DNA from: Armatimonadota bacterium
GTDB taxonomy: Bacteria; Armatimonadota; Armatimonadia; Armatimonadales; Armatimonadaceae
Length of the DNA stretch: 64,000 nucleotides
Assembly: GCA_043754515.1 (NCBI GenBank)
Contig: JAYUUO010000150.1
Location: 32,001 to 96,000 of the forward strand
Direction: 5' to 3'
In this document: positions 37,560 to 50,204 of the stretch, one piece after another
Layout of the letters: each line of letters opens with the position of its first letter
How positions within the stretch are numbered: position 1 is the first letter of the stretch
Program-made: the position numbers and the translations under genes
Notes under the pieces: generated by a model
Told to the model about the DNA's origin: nothing
What the model saw: only the letters and a program-made list of their open reading frames with translations
Databases searched by the model: none

Positions 37560-38000
37560 CCAGAATGTCGTCCCGCGCCGTGTCGCTCCGCGTCGCGCTC
37601 GCGCCCCGGCCAATACCGAGCAACACGGCGGCGTGTCGCGAGTCGCCGCGCCGCTCCGTAAGGTTCGCCACGGTTCGGAACAGGTAAGCCGTGCCGAGCA
37701 CGTCGCGCAGTCGCCGCCGCGTTGACAACGCCTGGAGCGGGATAGGGCGGTGTTCGCTGGAGACAACTCCGGTGTCGCATAGCGAGGACGGAAGGCGCGC
37801 GGCATTGTCGGAGACACGGGGCATGGAGCGGGTCCACGAACGAGTATTACACCTGCGAGGAGGAACCGCGTCCTTGCCTGACCTGCCCACGGCAGGTCAC
37901 GATCCGGTAGGTACTCGCCCGCGTCACGGAATCGGGCGAGCGTCGCCGCGTCGCCGGATTTATGGGCGACCTCCCACGCGTCGGTATCGGTTCGCACGTG
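37560..38000 (-). pseudogene. decayed TPR-repeat regulator fragment
   Basis: 'ALSTRRRLRDVLGTAYLFRTVANL…GDSRHAAVLLG' resembles the C-terminal TPRs of ATPase/LuxR-type regulators. Pieces lie in different frames. Confidence 0.3.
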
Positions 38001-38307
38001 CGAAGCGAGCGCGATCTGTCCTGGTATCTCCTGAACCGTCGTTCCCGGCGCGACAAGGCATGCCGGTTGGTTCCCTTTATAGGGGGTAAGTTGTTGCTTG
38101 TCGGTATCGTTAAACGATACATTTTCGGCTCTGCGTTGGGTACAGCAGTGGCAGGGTACGGACCGTGTGTGGTTCATCAAGTCAGCCTGACCCTGTTCGA
38201 TGCGTAGCCCCGCGCGGCCATCCTTTGGAAGGTGTGGTAACGAAACGCGCCCCCGGCTTCGAGATAGCGGAGGGAGCGAGGAAGGGGGGTGTCCTCGGAG
38301 CGGCGAC

Positions 38308-40011
<1,704 letters not shown>

Positions 40012-40324
40012 TCACTGCCCGGCGGCGATCTCGGCTTGCCGAAGGCGGGCGGCTGCCCGAAGCGGATTGTATCGGGTCGCGGCGGGTTTGGCAAACCGGG
40101 TGCTTGACTCGGCAGGTAATTCGACCTACTTTCGTAATCAGCCGGAGGAAGTAATGAGACGAGACGCAATGGAGTGCTGAACTCACAGTGGCGTCAGTCC
40201 GTAGCATGGAAAACCGTGGGTCACGGCGGGCAAGATGATGATCGCACAGGCGATACCATGTGCGAAGCGCGACCCGACGCGTCAGCGAGACTCTAGCCGC
40301 ATTCGCGTGCAGACCGGACTTTAT

Positions 40325-41023
40325 ATGATCATCAACGAAAATCCGGGGTGTCTAGGGTTCTTCCTACGAATCCTGGGTATAGGTTCGTCACCGGAGGAGA
40401 CATCCCGCGAAGAGTTCCCTTACATCGTGCGCGAGGACTTCCTTTCGCCTACGGAGCGCGCATTCTATGGAGTGTTGTGTTCGGCTACGGGAAGCCGGGG
40501 CGTGGTTTGTCCGAAAGTAAGGCTCGCCGACGTCTTCGTCGTTGCGCCCCCACGGCGGCATCGGACCGCGTTTAACCGGATCGCGCAGAAACATGTTGAC
40601 TTTCTCATTTGCGACCCCGGCACCATGAGGCCGTTGCTGGGAGTGGAACTCGATGACGCCAGCCACGCCCGCATGGACCGACAAACGCGCGACGCGTTCG
40701 TTGAAGAGGTGTTCAGAGGGGCGGGTCTGACCCTTCTCCGTCTCCCGGTGCAACGCGGATACAACCTCCAGGAATTGTCGGCGCGGATTGATTCCCTCCT
40801 GAACGAGTCGCCTTCTGCGGTTGATATACCTCGGGCAGTCTCCTTAACGGGGGACGGAGCAACAGATACCGGTAGCAACCTTCCCCCAATGTGCCCGAAC
40901 TGCGCCGTGCCCATGGTCATGCGGACGGCACGGAAGGCGGGATGCGGTGAGCCATTCTATGCCTGTCTTAACTACCCTCGTTGCCACTTGACACTACCTA
41001 CCTCAGCGCGGGAAACAACCTAG
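40325..41023 (+). CDS. DUF2726 protein with C-terminal topoisomerase-type C4 zinc ribbon
   Basis: 'LSPTERAFY', 'KVRLAD', 'KHVDFLICD', 'ELDDASH', 'CPNC…FYACLNYPRC'. Confidence 0.85.
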   Translation: MIINENPGCLGFFLRILGIGSSPEETSREEFPYIVREDFLSPTERAFYGVLCSATGSRGVVCPKVRLADVFVVAPPRRHRTAFNRIAQKHVDFLICDPGTMRPLLGVELDDASHARMDRQTRDAFVEEVFRGAGLTLLRLPVQRGYNLQELSARIDSLLNESPSAVDIPRAVSLTGDGATDTGSNLPPMCPNCAVPMVMRTARKAGCGEPFYACLNYPRCHLTLPTSARETT

Positions 41024-41064
41024 AAACTTGCTCACGCGAGTTAACAACCGTGCGGGGACTAGGA

Positions 41065-42789
41065 TCATTCCAGCCGCGTGAACCGCTCCGTGATCTGCCC
41101 CGCGTCTTGCAGGAAGTTCTGCGCGTAGGAGATGCGCTGTTTCGCTTCCGCGTGGTCGGCGTCGAGGCGGAGCACCTTTTTGAACTGGAACAGCGCGGGC
41201 GCGTATTGCCGGTCGTTGTAGAGCGCGTTGCCGAGCGCCATCGCTTCCCCGACGCGGGCTTGCTTGAGCAGGTTTGTCACCTCGGGGCCGGACGCGCCGC
41301 GCTTCTGCGCCTCGGTGAGGGACGAGACCGCGTCCGCCCATTCGCCCAGTGCCATCCGCTTCCTACCCTCGGTGATCGCGGCGTTCGCGGCGGCGAAGCG
41401 GGCGTCGGCGAGCTTTTCGCGGGAGACGGAATCGAGTGGGTCGGCGACGATCGCGTACAAAAGGTGCGCCTCGGCGGAGTCGCCGTCGCCGTCGCCCAGC
41501 GACTTTTCACCCAGGCTCCGCTCCAGCGTGTTCCACCGCTGCCGGAGCGACTGCCGCGTCCCGAACAGCTCGGCGTCGAAGGGGAGCACCACCAACGCTT
41601 CCGCGATCCGCTCGTCCGCGCTCAAAAAGTCGCCTATCTCCTCGGAGTTGGCCGACAGCGCGAGTGCCTGTTCGCGCGCCTCCGCGAGCGTCTCCTTGAG
41701 CAGATCACAGGCGCGGAAATCGCTCGGCACCGACTGCAACCGGCTTTGTAACAGCGCGACCGCTTGCAGGAGGCTGCCCTCGCCCGATCTCGCCGCCCGC
41801 GCCTCGGCTAGCACCGCGTCGCCGTCCGCCGCCGCGAGCCGATCCCCGTAAAAGAGTTTGTAAACGCACAGGGTCCCGTCGCGTAGCGAGACGCCGACGA
41901 ACTCGCCGTTCGCGGAGACGGACAGCCCGGTCGGGCGCGAGTCCTCGTAGTCAATCTCCCAGACTGGCAGGCCGTTCTCGCCGGACAGGAGTACCAGTCG
42001 GCCCTCGTTCGTGTCGGTCTGCACCAGCACCGCGACGGTGCGCGCGCCGGTATCCACGCCGACCGAGACTGGCTCGCCGACGACCTCGGTGAACCAGAGC
42101 AGCTGCCCCTCGGCACTCACGAACCCCGCGCCGCCGCCCCCCGCGAACGCGATCCGGTTCACCCCGGCGACCGCGACCGCCTGCATCGGCGCCTCCTGCC
42201 GGTGCTTAATCAGCGTGTTGCGCGCGTTGTCGAGGAGCCACAGGTCGCCTTCTTCGGCACCGATGGCGATAACCGTCCCGTCGCGGGAGATCGCTACCGC
42301 CGTGGCCGAGAAGGGCAGGTCTTTCGTCCACAAGGTGCGTCCGGTATGGTCGCCGAGCGCGGCGGTGTGGTGCGCGGCGAGCATGTCGCAGAAAACGGTG
42401 CCGAAGCGGTTCCCCGCTTCCGAAAGGGCGATGTCCGAGTAGTTGGCGCGGCGGTCGGACAGGAAGCGCGACTTCTTGCCGTCCTTGAAGATGTACAGGT
42501 CGTCGTCCGTGGACCCGATAAATGTCTCGCCGGTAGTAGCGATCTCGGTCTTGCGCAGGGTCTCCACGCTGTAGGTTTGTAGCGTGGTCGGCTTCCCCGT
42601 CGCCGTGAAACGCACCAGGTGGAACGAGCGCACCTCCATGTCATCCGGGACGCTGACGAGGGTCACCCCGTCGTCCTGCACGGCGAAGCGCGACAGCGGG
42701 GCGGTCCCGCGTGCCTTACGGGTGTAAGCTAGGTCAACGTTGCGGACTTCCACGGACGCGGAGGGGGCGAGATCGGGCGCGAGCGACAT
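41065..42789 (-). CDS. beta-propeller (WD40/PQQ-like) plus TPR protein
   Basis: Repeats such as 'AVAISRDGTVIAIG' and 'LSVSANGEFVGV', then TPR 'GNALYNDRQYAPALFQFKKVLRLDADH'. Confidence 0.75.
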   Translation of the reverse strand: MSLAPDLAPSASVEVRNVDLAYTRKARGTAPLSRFAVQDDGVTLVSVPDDMEVRSFHLVRFTATGKPTTLQTYSVETLRKTEIATTGETFIGSTDDDLYIFKDGKKSRFLSDRRANYSDIALSEAGNRFGTVFCDMLAAHHTAALGDHTGRTLWTKDLPFSATAVAISRDGTVIAIGAEEGDLWLLDNARNTLIKHRQEAPMQAVAVAGVNRIAFAGGGGAGFVSAEGQLLWFTEVVGEPVSVGVDTGARTVAVLVQTDTNEGRLVLLSGENGLPVWEIDYEDSRPTGLSVSANGEFVGVSLRDGTLCVYKLFYGDRLAAADGDAVLAEARAARSGEGSLLQAVALLQSRLQSVPSDFRACDLLKETLAEAREQALALSANSEEIGDFLSADERIAEALVVLPFDAELFGTRQSLRQRWNTLERSLGEKSLGDGDGDSAEAHLLYAIVADPLDSVSREKLADARFAAANAAITEGRKRMALGEWADAVSSLTEAQKRGASGPEVTNLLKQARVGEAMALGNALYNDRQYAPALFQFKKVLRLDADHAEAKQRISYAQNFLQDAGQITERFTRLE

Positions 42790-42839
42790 ATCCGTAATTA
42801 TACCGCGCTTCGTTCGGATTCCCGGTGTAAAATAACCGC

Positions 42840-43583
42840 GTGAAAACGCTCCTGGCCCGCCTCGCGAACGGTTTACTGGACCTGATCTATCCGGTGATGT
42901 GTCTGGTTTGCGGGGGTCATGCCGAGAGCGGTGCCCTGTGCGAGCGGTGCGTAACGTCGTTCCTGCCGATCCCCGAGCCGACGTGCGCCGTGTGCGGTCG
43001 GCCGAACGAGAGCGCGGCGTGCCGGAACTGCGAGCGTTTTGCCGCCGAGACCGGCGCGGGATTCGGGTTCGACGGGGCGTGTGCCGGGGCGGTGTTCGGC
43101 GGGGCGTTGCGGCACGCCATCCACCTGCTCAAATACCGGAGCCGGGAGCGTCTCGGGTTGCCGCTCGGCGCGTTCCTGGCGAACCGCCTGGTGGCGGACG
43201 GTTTGCTGACCGACCCGGACTCCGTGGATCTGGTCGCGCCCGTGCCGGTACACCCGTTGCGCGAGCGGGAGCGCGGCTACAACCAGGCGCGACTGCTCGC
43301 GGAGCCGGTCGCGGAGATGCTGGGGGTGCCGCTACTCGCGGGCGCGATCTTCGTGCGTGTCCGGCGAACCGAGCGTCAGGTGGGACTCGCGGATAAGGCG
43401 CGGCGCGGTAATGTCACGCCCGACGTGTTCGCCGTGCCCGACGTTTCCACGGTCGCGGGGAAGTGTGTCCTGCTCGTGGACGACGTGTTCACGACCGGCG
43501 CGACCGTGAGCGCGTGCGCGACGGTGCTGAAACGCGCGGGCGCGGCGCGGGTGCTGGTTGCGTCCCTCGCCGCGGGCGGCTAG
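42840..43583 (+). CDS. comF: ComF family protein (double zinc ribbon plus PRTase)
   Basis: CxxC clusters, 'RGYNQA', 'LLVDDVFTTGAT'. Confidence 0.9.
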   Translation: MKTLLARLANGLLDLIYPVMCLVCGGHAESGALCERCVTSFLPIPEPTCAVCGRPNESAACRNCERFAAETGAGFGFDGACAGAVFGGALRHAIHLLKYRSRERLGLPLGAFLANRLVADGLLTDPDSVDLVAPVPVHPLRERERGYNQARLLAEPVAEMLGVPLLAGAIFVRVRRTERQVGLADKARRGNVTPDVFAVPDVSTVAGKCVLLVDDVFTTGATVSACATVLKRAGAARVLVASLAAGG

Positions 43584-43584
43584 A

Positions 43585-44169
43585 ATGAGCCTTATGACCC
43601 GACCTCCCCGCCGCCGATTTCTCGCGCTACTGGCAATCGCGCCCGCCCTGCTCGCCGGATGCGCGGGCCGTCCGTCCGAGCGGGTGGGCTTGGACGATGT
43701 CGCCTCGCTCGCGAGCGAGGCACTACTCGGCACGTTGCTCGGCCCGTCGCCCGAGAAGCGCGTCACGATGATGGCACCGCCAGAACCGCCCCTGCTCGTG
43801 AAAGGCGTCGCCGAAAACGTCCTCCTGTCCACCGATTACGCGGACTTCGCGCGGGCGAGTAAGAAAGCACTGTCCGAGAAAGACGTTAAGGCGGTGGAAG
43901 CGGACGTATTACGTACCTCGGGCGCGGTGCTAAAAAAGCGGGGGTTCGCCATCGGCTTGCTTTCATACCCCCCGGTGGTGGACCCGGCGGCACAGAATAC
44001 GCTGGTCGCGACACTCACCCCGGTGACGGAGGAGGGCGGCTCGCCCGATGAAAAGCGCAATGGGCGCGGCAGAACCTATGTCCTGATCCGCCTCACGATC
44101 ACCGACCCCCGAACGAACACCGTGCTACGAGTGCGCGACTTCTATTCCGGGCGCGAGGCGGGCAAGTAA
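43585..44169 (+). CDS. hypothetical Tat lipoprotein
   Basis: 'RRRFL…LLAGC'. Confidence 0.7.
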   Translation: MSLMTRPPRRRFLALLAIAPALLAGCAGRPSERVGLDDVASLASEALLGTLLGPSPEKRVTMMAPPEPPLLVKGVAENVLLSTDYADFARASKKALSEKDVKAVEADVLRTSGAVLKKRGFAIGLLSYPPVVDPAAQNTLVATLTPVTEEGGSPDEKRNGRGRTYVLIRLTITDPRTNTVLRVRDFYSGREAGK

Positions 44170-44224
44170 CCGCTTTGCCCGCCCCACTAGTGTCGTGTGA
44201 TCAGGCAGGGCAACTGCTCTACCA

Positions 44225-46324
44225 TCACGCCCCGAACAAGACGACCTTCGCCCCGCGCGTCGTAAAGCGGGCGGTAATGTGTGCGTGCCCGCGTTCGTCG
44301 GCCCGGACCTCAACGCCGTCGTTGTGGTAGTGGCTCCCCGAAACGCCGGTCGCGTGGGTGACGTAGGTATACGTGCCCGGCGCGTTGCAGAAAATGCTCA
44401 CCACCCCGCGACCGCTCGCCGCGATCTTTTCATAGATTTCGGGACTCCCGCCGACGTCACCGGTGCGTATCAGCGTGCTTCCCGTGACGTCGGCGCGCAC
44501 CATTTTGTACCGGCGCAAGAAGTCGCCGATACGCCCAATCCCGTCCTCCGTGACCGCGAGCAGGTCACCCCAGATGCCGTTCTGCCCCAGCACGAGCGAC
44601 GCGAGGTTTACCCACTGGCTTTCACCATCCGTTACTTCCTCTGCCCCCGACCATCCATACTTGATGTACCGGTCGTCGGGCAGGTAGTGGGTCAGAAACA
44701 GCACGCTCGGTATCCACTTGTCGTACGTCAGCGGGGCGCGGCAGACCCACCCGCGCGCGGCTCCAGGGTAGAAGAACAGGTTGACGTTGCCGTCAGATGG
44801 GACGGGCATATTGTAGTCAAAGTTGTACGGCCCATTATTAATCAGGAAGTATTTGCCCGCCGTTAGGAACTGCAAGCCGACTGTACGTCCGCCCTCCGTG
44901 ATGTCGAAATCCACGATGGCATCGGGGCACGCCGCGCATACCTTGTTTACGACGTCTACCATCGCCGCGCCCAACTCGAAGCCGTAGCAGACGCGCCGCT
45001 CCTCGGGCGTGTTATCCGCCTCGCCGTGCCCGTGTCCCGGCGCGTCGCACCCGTACTGCCCGATAGCATCCCACTTGAAGTACGTCACGCCGACCTCACG
45101 GTGCAAGCGGATGAGTTCGTTCGCGAACGCGTCGCCGTAGCGAGACACGAGGCACAAGCCCTGACTCGCCTCGGTCTCCCATATTTCGTGGGGGGCGTGC
45201 GGCGCGCCGTTCGTCGTCATCAGACAGTCTTCGTGCGCGCGGCGCATCTCGCTCGACACGGCGGCGACCGTGGGGTTAAACCATAAGCCCAGTTTCATGC
45301 CGTACCCATCCAGTTTGGCTTTGATCGGCGTCATGCCGTTCGGGAACCGTTCGGAAGACACGCGCCAGTCGCCTGTTTTCTCGTACCAACCGGTGTCAAT
45401 CACGAACACATCAATGCCCATTCGGTGCGCGACCTCGATCTCGGCCAGCATCCGCGTCTCGTTCATGTCGGCGAGATAGGGCCTCTTCTGCCACGCCTTG
45501 ACGCGCTCCTGGTACGCCCAGGTGTTGTAGAAAATGAGCGGCTCACGGCTCGCCACGTTCGCGCTCATGTCGCGCAGGACGAACGAACGATAGGCGCGGG
45601 CGAGCACCCCTTCGTCGCCCGCGGTTATCGCCGCCTGCATCCACACCGTCTCGAACGGGTGATCGGCGTCAATAACCTGGCCGTCGTGATAGTTCCCTTT
45701 CACGGCATGTAGCGTCGCCGTCCGGTCCGCCGCGAGATCGTAGCGCAGGAAGGCGTCTGGAACCTGCGAGCCGTGTTCGTACCCGACCAGAAACGCGTGT
45801 CCCTCCGTTTCGCCGACGAGCAGGGGGCCCATGCGTGAAACGCCCGCGTCGAAATCGCGCGGCTCCACGGGGTTTTCGGCGAGGCAGAAGGAATGCACGA
45901 ACGCGTTGAACTGCGAGAGTTGCACCTCCTTGACCCGCGTCGCGCCCGCGAGCGAGACCGCGAAGTAGATGATCCTGTCACCGGTGCCGCCCTCTTTCGT
46001 CAGGCGGCGCGGCGATTTGCTGGTGATGCGGTAGCGGAATCGTAGCACGGGGCTGTCGAGGGAGTAGCGATAAACGACCTCCAGACGAAGCCCGGTCGCG
46101 CCGTCCACCGCGCCCGCGAGCCGGTGCTCCGTCACTCCGTTCGGTAGCAGGGTCGGATCACCGACCGGGGCGAGCTCTCGGGCGCGAAGCGTCACCTGTC
46201 CGCCGTCCAGCGGAAGTGTCGGCGGCGCGAAGACGAGCGACGCGCCTCCGTTATGGGCGGACAATCTCCATCCGCCATCCGCCTGACTTCCGGTTTCGAT
46301 CACGAATATGTTGTTCTCTGACAT
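44225..46324 (-). CDS. alpha-galactosidase-like glycoside hydrolase (GH36 / clan D)
   Basis: 'YNTW', 'FVIDTGW', 'RFPNGM', 'GLWFNP', 'YFKWD'. Confidence 0.82.
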   Translation of the reverse strand: MSENNIFVIETGSQADGGWRLSAHNGGASLVFAPPTLPLDGGQVTLRARELAPVGDPTLLPNGVTEHRLAGAVDGATGLRLEVVYRYSLDSPVLRFRYRITSKSPRRLTKEGGTGDRIIYFAVSLAGATRVKEVQLSQFNAFVHSFCLAENPVEPRDFDAGVSRMGPLLVGETEGHAFLVGYEHGSQVPDAFLRYDLAADRTATLHAVKGNYHDGQVIDADHPFETVWMQAAITAGDEGVLARAYRSFVLRDMSANVASREPLIFYNTWAYQERVKAWQKRPYLADMNETRMLAEIEVAHRMGIDVFVIDTGWYEKTGDWRVSSERFPNGMTPIKAKLDGYGMKLGLWFNPTVAAVSSEMRRAHEDCLMTTNGAPHAPHEIWETEASQGLCLVSRYGDAFANELIRLHREVGVTYFKWDAIGQYGCDAPGHGHGEADNTPEERRVCYGFELGAAMVDVVNKVCAACPDAIVDFDITEGGRTVGLQFLTAGKYFLINNGPYNFDYNMPVPSDGNVNLFFYPGAARGWVCRAPLTYDKWIPSVLFLTHYLPDDRYIKYGWSGAEEVTDGESQWVNLASLVLGQNGIWGDLLAVTEDGIGRIGDFLRRYKMVRADVTGSTLIRTGDVGGSPEIYEKIAASGRGVVSIFCNAPGTYTYVTHATGVSGSHYHNDGVEVRADERGHAHITARFTTRGAKVVLFGA

Positions 46325-46665
46325 GCCCTTTAGTCTACCGAATTACTCTCCGGCGCGCCGACGCGCGAACTCAGGGCTATTGCATCATTGTCCTCCTGAT
46401 CTCCCATGAATGATCCACGCGGGTTTCGCCCCCGCCGCACGTGGCCAGGCGGGTCCGTGTCTATGCGGGTCTCGCCTGCACATGGGCACGCGGGATGGCC
46501 ATACGTGGGGTTTACACTCCACGCCTCACGCGCCCGCCGGTAGCCACCGGCGGGCACGTGAGGCACCACCTGTCCCGAAACATTCGGGCACCGCTTTGGG
46601 CATAAAGACCCATCGTGCCCCCCCGCTAAAGGGCTTACAATCTGAATCATAGATCGGAGGCTAGC

Positions 46666-47022
46666 ATGGAAAATTTTTTCAAGGTCTGGGTCGTCTGCAT
46701 TTTGATCGCCGTCCCACTTCTGCGCCCTGTTTGGCGCGACAGCAGGCGGTTCGCGGTATGCCTCTTTGGCGGGGCGGCGACGTACTGCGCGTGGTGCGCG
46801 ATTTGCGTCCACTCCACGAAACACGGCGGGTCGGGGAGCGACGCGGCGGTGATCGCGCAGATCATGGTCGGCCCGCCGCTATGGTTCATCGGCGGGTTGA
46901 TCGCCTTGGCGCTCGGGGCGCGTTTCGTGCCGCCCGGTGCGGTGGTGTCGCTCGTTATCGCCGGGGCATTCGCCAATATTGCGGCTATCTATTTCTGCAT
47001 ATACCTCATGTTCTTGACCTGA
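46666..47022 (+). CDS. hypothetical membrane protein
   Basis: GGAGG RBS, about four hydrophobic segments. Confidence 0.6.
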   Translation: MENFFKVWVVCILIAVPLLRPVWRDSRRFAVCLFGGAATYCAWCAICVHSTKHGGSGSDAAVIAQIMVGPPLWFIGGLIALALGARFVPPGAVVSLVIAGAFANIAAIYFCIYLMFLT

Positions 47023-47243
47023 AAGCGCGTCGGGAGCGTAACCATGCTTCCCGTGTCCATCGGGCTGGGCCTGGCCGGTGCCGCCATGACGGTGGTTGCG
47101 TTCCTCTACTGGACGCGCCATCTATTCCCCTGGCATACCGCCCCGATACCGCCCCTGTGCAACGGGCGATTCCTCGCGATAGCGGATAAAGTGACAATCA
47201 AAGGCGGTCTCCTTCCTGCTTCCGAAGGACACTGTGTGCTCTC

Positions 47244-48125
47244 GTGAACCCGAACCAACCCAACACTCCCGCCCAGGTGACGTCGTCGCGCGAACTCGGT
47301 CTGGACATCGCGGCGGTCGCCGCTCGCTACCTGTTTCAAACGGACCATCTCCACTATGGCTTATGGACGGACGATCTGCCGGTACATATGAATAATCTGC
47401 GCCGGGCGCAGGAGAACTACGCCGACCTGATCGTGTCCACTATACCCGAGGGTACGCGGACGATCCTTGACGTCGGCACCGGCACCGGCGCGCTCGCGAA
47501 GCGGCTTCTGTCCGCCGGGTACGCGGTGGATTGCGTTTCGCCCTCGCCTTCGCTGACGGAGCGCGCCCGCGCGAATGTCGGGGACGCCGCGCATATCTTC
47601 GAGTGCAAGTACGAGGATCTTCAGACCGATAAGCGGTACGACCTGATCCTTTTCAGCGAAAGTTTCCAGTACATCCCGCTTGACCGTTCGCTCGCGCTGT
47701 CCAAAGACTACCTGAACACGGGCGGGCACATCCTGATCTGCGACTACTTCCGCAACGACACCCCGGACAAGGGGCCGTTCGGCGGAGGGCACTCGCTCAA
47801 AGAGTTCCGCGAAACCGTGGAGCAAAGCACCCTGATCCCGGTGATTGACCGAGATATTACGCCGTTCACCGCGCCGAATCTAGATCTCGTGGTGGATATG
47901 GTGGAGAATGTCGTGACCCCGATCAAGACACAACTCTTCGACTTCGCGCGGATTAAGTACCCGTTCCTGTTCCGCGTGCTGACGTGGACGTTCCGCAAGC
48001 AACTCGCGCATTTCGACGGGAAATACATGGGCGGGAAGCGGAGCGGGAAGAACTTCCAGGTCTACAAATCGTACCGACTCCTGCTGTTCGCGAGGCCGAC
48101 GCAAAGCAAGGTCGGCGGGATCTAG
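47244..48125 (+). CDS. class I SAM-dependent methyltransferase
   Basis: 'HLHYGLW', 'ILDVGTGTG', 'YDLILFSESFQY'. Confidence 0.88.
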   Translation: MNPNQPNTPAQVTSSRELGLDIAAVAARYLFQTDHLHYGLWTDDLPVHMNNLRRAQENYADLIVSTIPEGTRTILDVGTGTGALAKRLLSAGYAVDCVSPSPSLTERARANVGDAAHIFECKYEDLQTDKRYDLILFSESFQYIPLDRSLALSKDYLNTGGHILICDYFRNDTPDKGPFGGGHSLKEFRETVEQSTLIPVIDRDITPFTAPNLDLVVDMVENVVTPIKTQLFDFARIKYPFLFRVLTWTFRKQLAHFDGKYMGGKRSGKNFQVYKSYRLLLFARPTQSKVGGI

Positions 48126-48148
48126 CCGGGAAAACAGTGAACCGTCCG

Positions 48149-48386
48149 ATGTGGCTCGACCTGGTATACCTGTTCTGGCCGCCGTGCGTCGCGGTGGTCG
48201 CTTGTGGGGTCGCGTGCTTCCCCCATTAGGGTGGGCTTGTCGGTTTCGATCCTCGTCTTCGTTGCCGCCTTCTTCGTCCAGTTCATGATCCCGCGTGGGA
48301 AAGGGGCGAATCCCGACGCGCGGCAGGAAATCCCGGCTCCCGCCCCGAATAGTGCCGGTAAAATCCAAAAGAGCGATGTCAAATGA
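48149..48386 (+). CDS. small two-TM protein, split by a +1 frameshift in the C5 run at 48220-48224
   Basis: Removing one C joins MWLDLVYLFWPPCVAVVACGVACFP to IRVGLSVSILVFVAAFFVQF. Confidence 0.4.
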
Positions 48387-48719
48387 GTCCTGAAATGAAT
48401 GAACTACTCCCACAACCAATTATCGTCGCCCTTCTCGGACGGCGTGAAACTGATCATCGAGCACGGCAAGCATCTCCTTTTTAAGCCGGACTGGAAGTAG
48501 GTACTCGAGCCGGAATCGGTGAAGGAGCCGGTCCGCGCGATTGTAACGGGGACGTTGTCGCCGACCACGTGATCGAACCCGCCGCCTCTGGTACGCTAAT
48601 TGCTAGGTACGCAAGTGGGCAACGTGGTACCGCGCCGACCGCGACCACAAGCGCGGCGGATGACACGGTTTTTCGTAACGCGTTACGCCCGAAAAGGCAA
48701 GGATCAGGACAACACACCA

Positions 48720-49533
48720 ATGCGATTAGGAATCGGCTCGTTTTCATACCCGTGGGCGGTTGGGGTACCGGGGCAGGCGCAACCGCCGCGCCCGATGAAT
48801 GCGTTTGAACTCGTCGAAGCGGCGGCGCGACTCGGCGTACAGTCCGTGCAGTTCGTGGACAACCTGCCGCTGACAAATCTTTCCGCGCGGGATCGGGGCG
48901 AACTGGCCGCGCGCGCCGCCGCCGCCGGTATCCGCGTCGAGGTCGGGATGCGCGGCACGGACGCGAGCGATATTCGGATGTTCCTTGCGATAGTCCGGGA
49001 GTTCGGCGGCGACTACCTGCGCATCATGCTAGACGGCAACACGCCGGGCGACACGCCGGGCACGGACCTGATCCTGGAACGTCTCTTCCCGCTAATGCCC
49101 GAGTTCGAGGACGCGGGCGTTAAACTCGCGCTGGAAAACTTCGACCGGGTTCTCCGCCTACGACATGATCGGCATGGTAGAGGCACTCGGGGACGACGCG
49201 GCGGCGATCTGTCTCGACACGGTGAACTGTTTCGGGGCGGGGGAAGGCCCCGCGACCACGATCGAAACGCTCGCGCCGTACGCGGTCAACGTCCACATCA
49301 AGGACTTCGTGGTAAGGCGGCAACCGCACCGCCTCGGCTTCATTATTGATGGCATGGCGGTCGGCGAGGGCCAACTCGACGTGCCCGCCCTGATCTCGCT
49401 ACTACCCGACATCGTTTCGCTGACGCTGGAGCAGTGGACGCCGTTCTCGCCCGATGGGATAGAAGCCACGTGTCGCGAGGAGGCGTCGCGCGTCGAGCGG
49501 AGCATCGCGTACCTGAAATCGGTCGTACGTTAA
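48720..49533 (+). CDS. sugar phosphate isomerase/epimerase (TIM barrel), +1 frameshift at 49147-49149
   Basis: 'KLALENFDR' joins 'FSAYDMIGMVEALG…ICLDTVN…NVHIKD…GEGQLD' if one G is removed. Confidence 0.8.
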
Positions 49534-49636
49534 AATAATTGTTTCAGCGCGTAGTTAGTCTGGGTACATGGTATGGCAGGTTAGCAGGACACCATGCGCG
49601 GTATTCTCGGTCCCTCGCTAACCGGAAAGAGTCACC

Positions 49637-50170
49637 ATGAAACAACATGCCGTTCCGTTTCCTCGACGAATGTCGAGATCTTGTGCGCTAGTGGGCTTCG
49701 TTGGCCTACTTGCTCTCGTCGCAATCCCAAGAGCGAATGCCCAGGTCGTCGTGACTGGGTTCTACAACCGAGTCGGTGCCAGTTATCTGTACAATTTTCA
49801 GGTTGCTAACAAGAGCGGCTTGGATATATCCACCATCGGGGCGATTTACGGTGTAGAACTACCGGCCCCCGTCATTAGCAATATCGTTCAAGTGCCCGGC
49901 TTCACCTTTGATGTGGACTCGATAACCGGCTCCATTGACTTTGTTGAAGATACGTCTGTTTTCACGGCCAACCAAACCGTGGGCGGTTTCCGACTCACCA
50001 GTAGTAAGTTGCTGAATGTGACCAGTGTGACCGGACTTAACTCCAATTCGACCCCTTTCGTGGGGTCTTACGCCGCCGTTGCCGTCCCCGAAGCCGGAAC
50101 GCTCCCGCTCACACTGCTCGCCGGTTCCGCTTTGTTCGGAGCCATTGTCGTTCGCCGCCGTATCGCCTGA
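49637..50170 (+). CDS. PEP-CTERM surface protein
   Basis: Signal peptide (ANA-Q), beta-rich body, 'VPEAGT' plus TM helix plus 'RRR'. Confidence 0.85.
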   Translation: MKQHAVPFPRRMSRSCALVGFVGLLALVAIPRANAQVVVTGFYNRVGASYLYNFQVANKSGLDISTIGAIYGVELPAPVISNIVQVPGFTFDVDSITGSIDFVEDTSVFTANQTVGGFRLTSSKLLNVTSVTGLNSNSTPFVGSYAAVAVPEAGTLPLTLLAGSALFGAIVVRRRIA

Positions 50171-50204
50171 TCAGAACGGTTGATCACGCGGAAAGATTTT
50201 TCCT

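Noticed and set aside
37167..38207. Overlapping ORFs of 188 and 248 aa as intact genes
   Set aside because: No coherent domain. Only short TPR-like fragments in different frames, so treated as a decayed region.
47044..47247. 67-aa ORF before the methyltransferase
   Set aside because: One hydrophobic segment and a stop/start overlap, but too short and featureless to support confidently.
48390..48715. Possible gene remnant between the small membrane gene and the isomerase
   Set aside because: Short open stretches interrupted by stops, with no recognisable motif.
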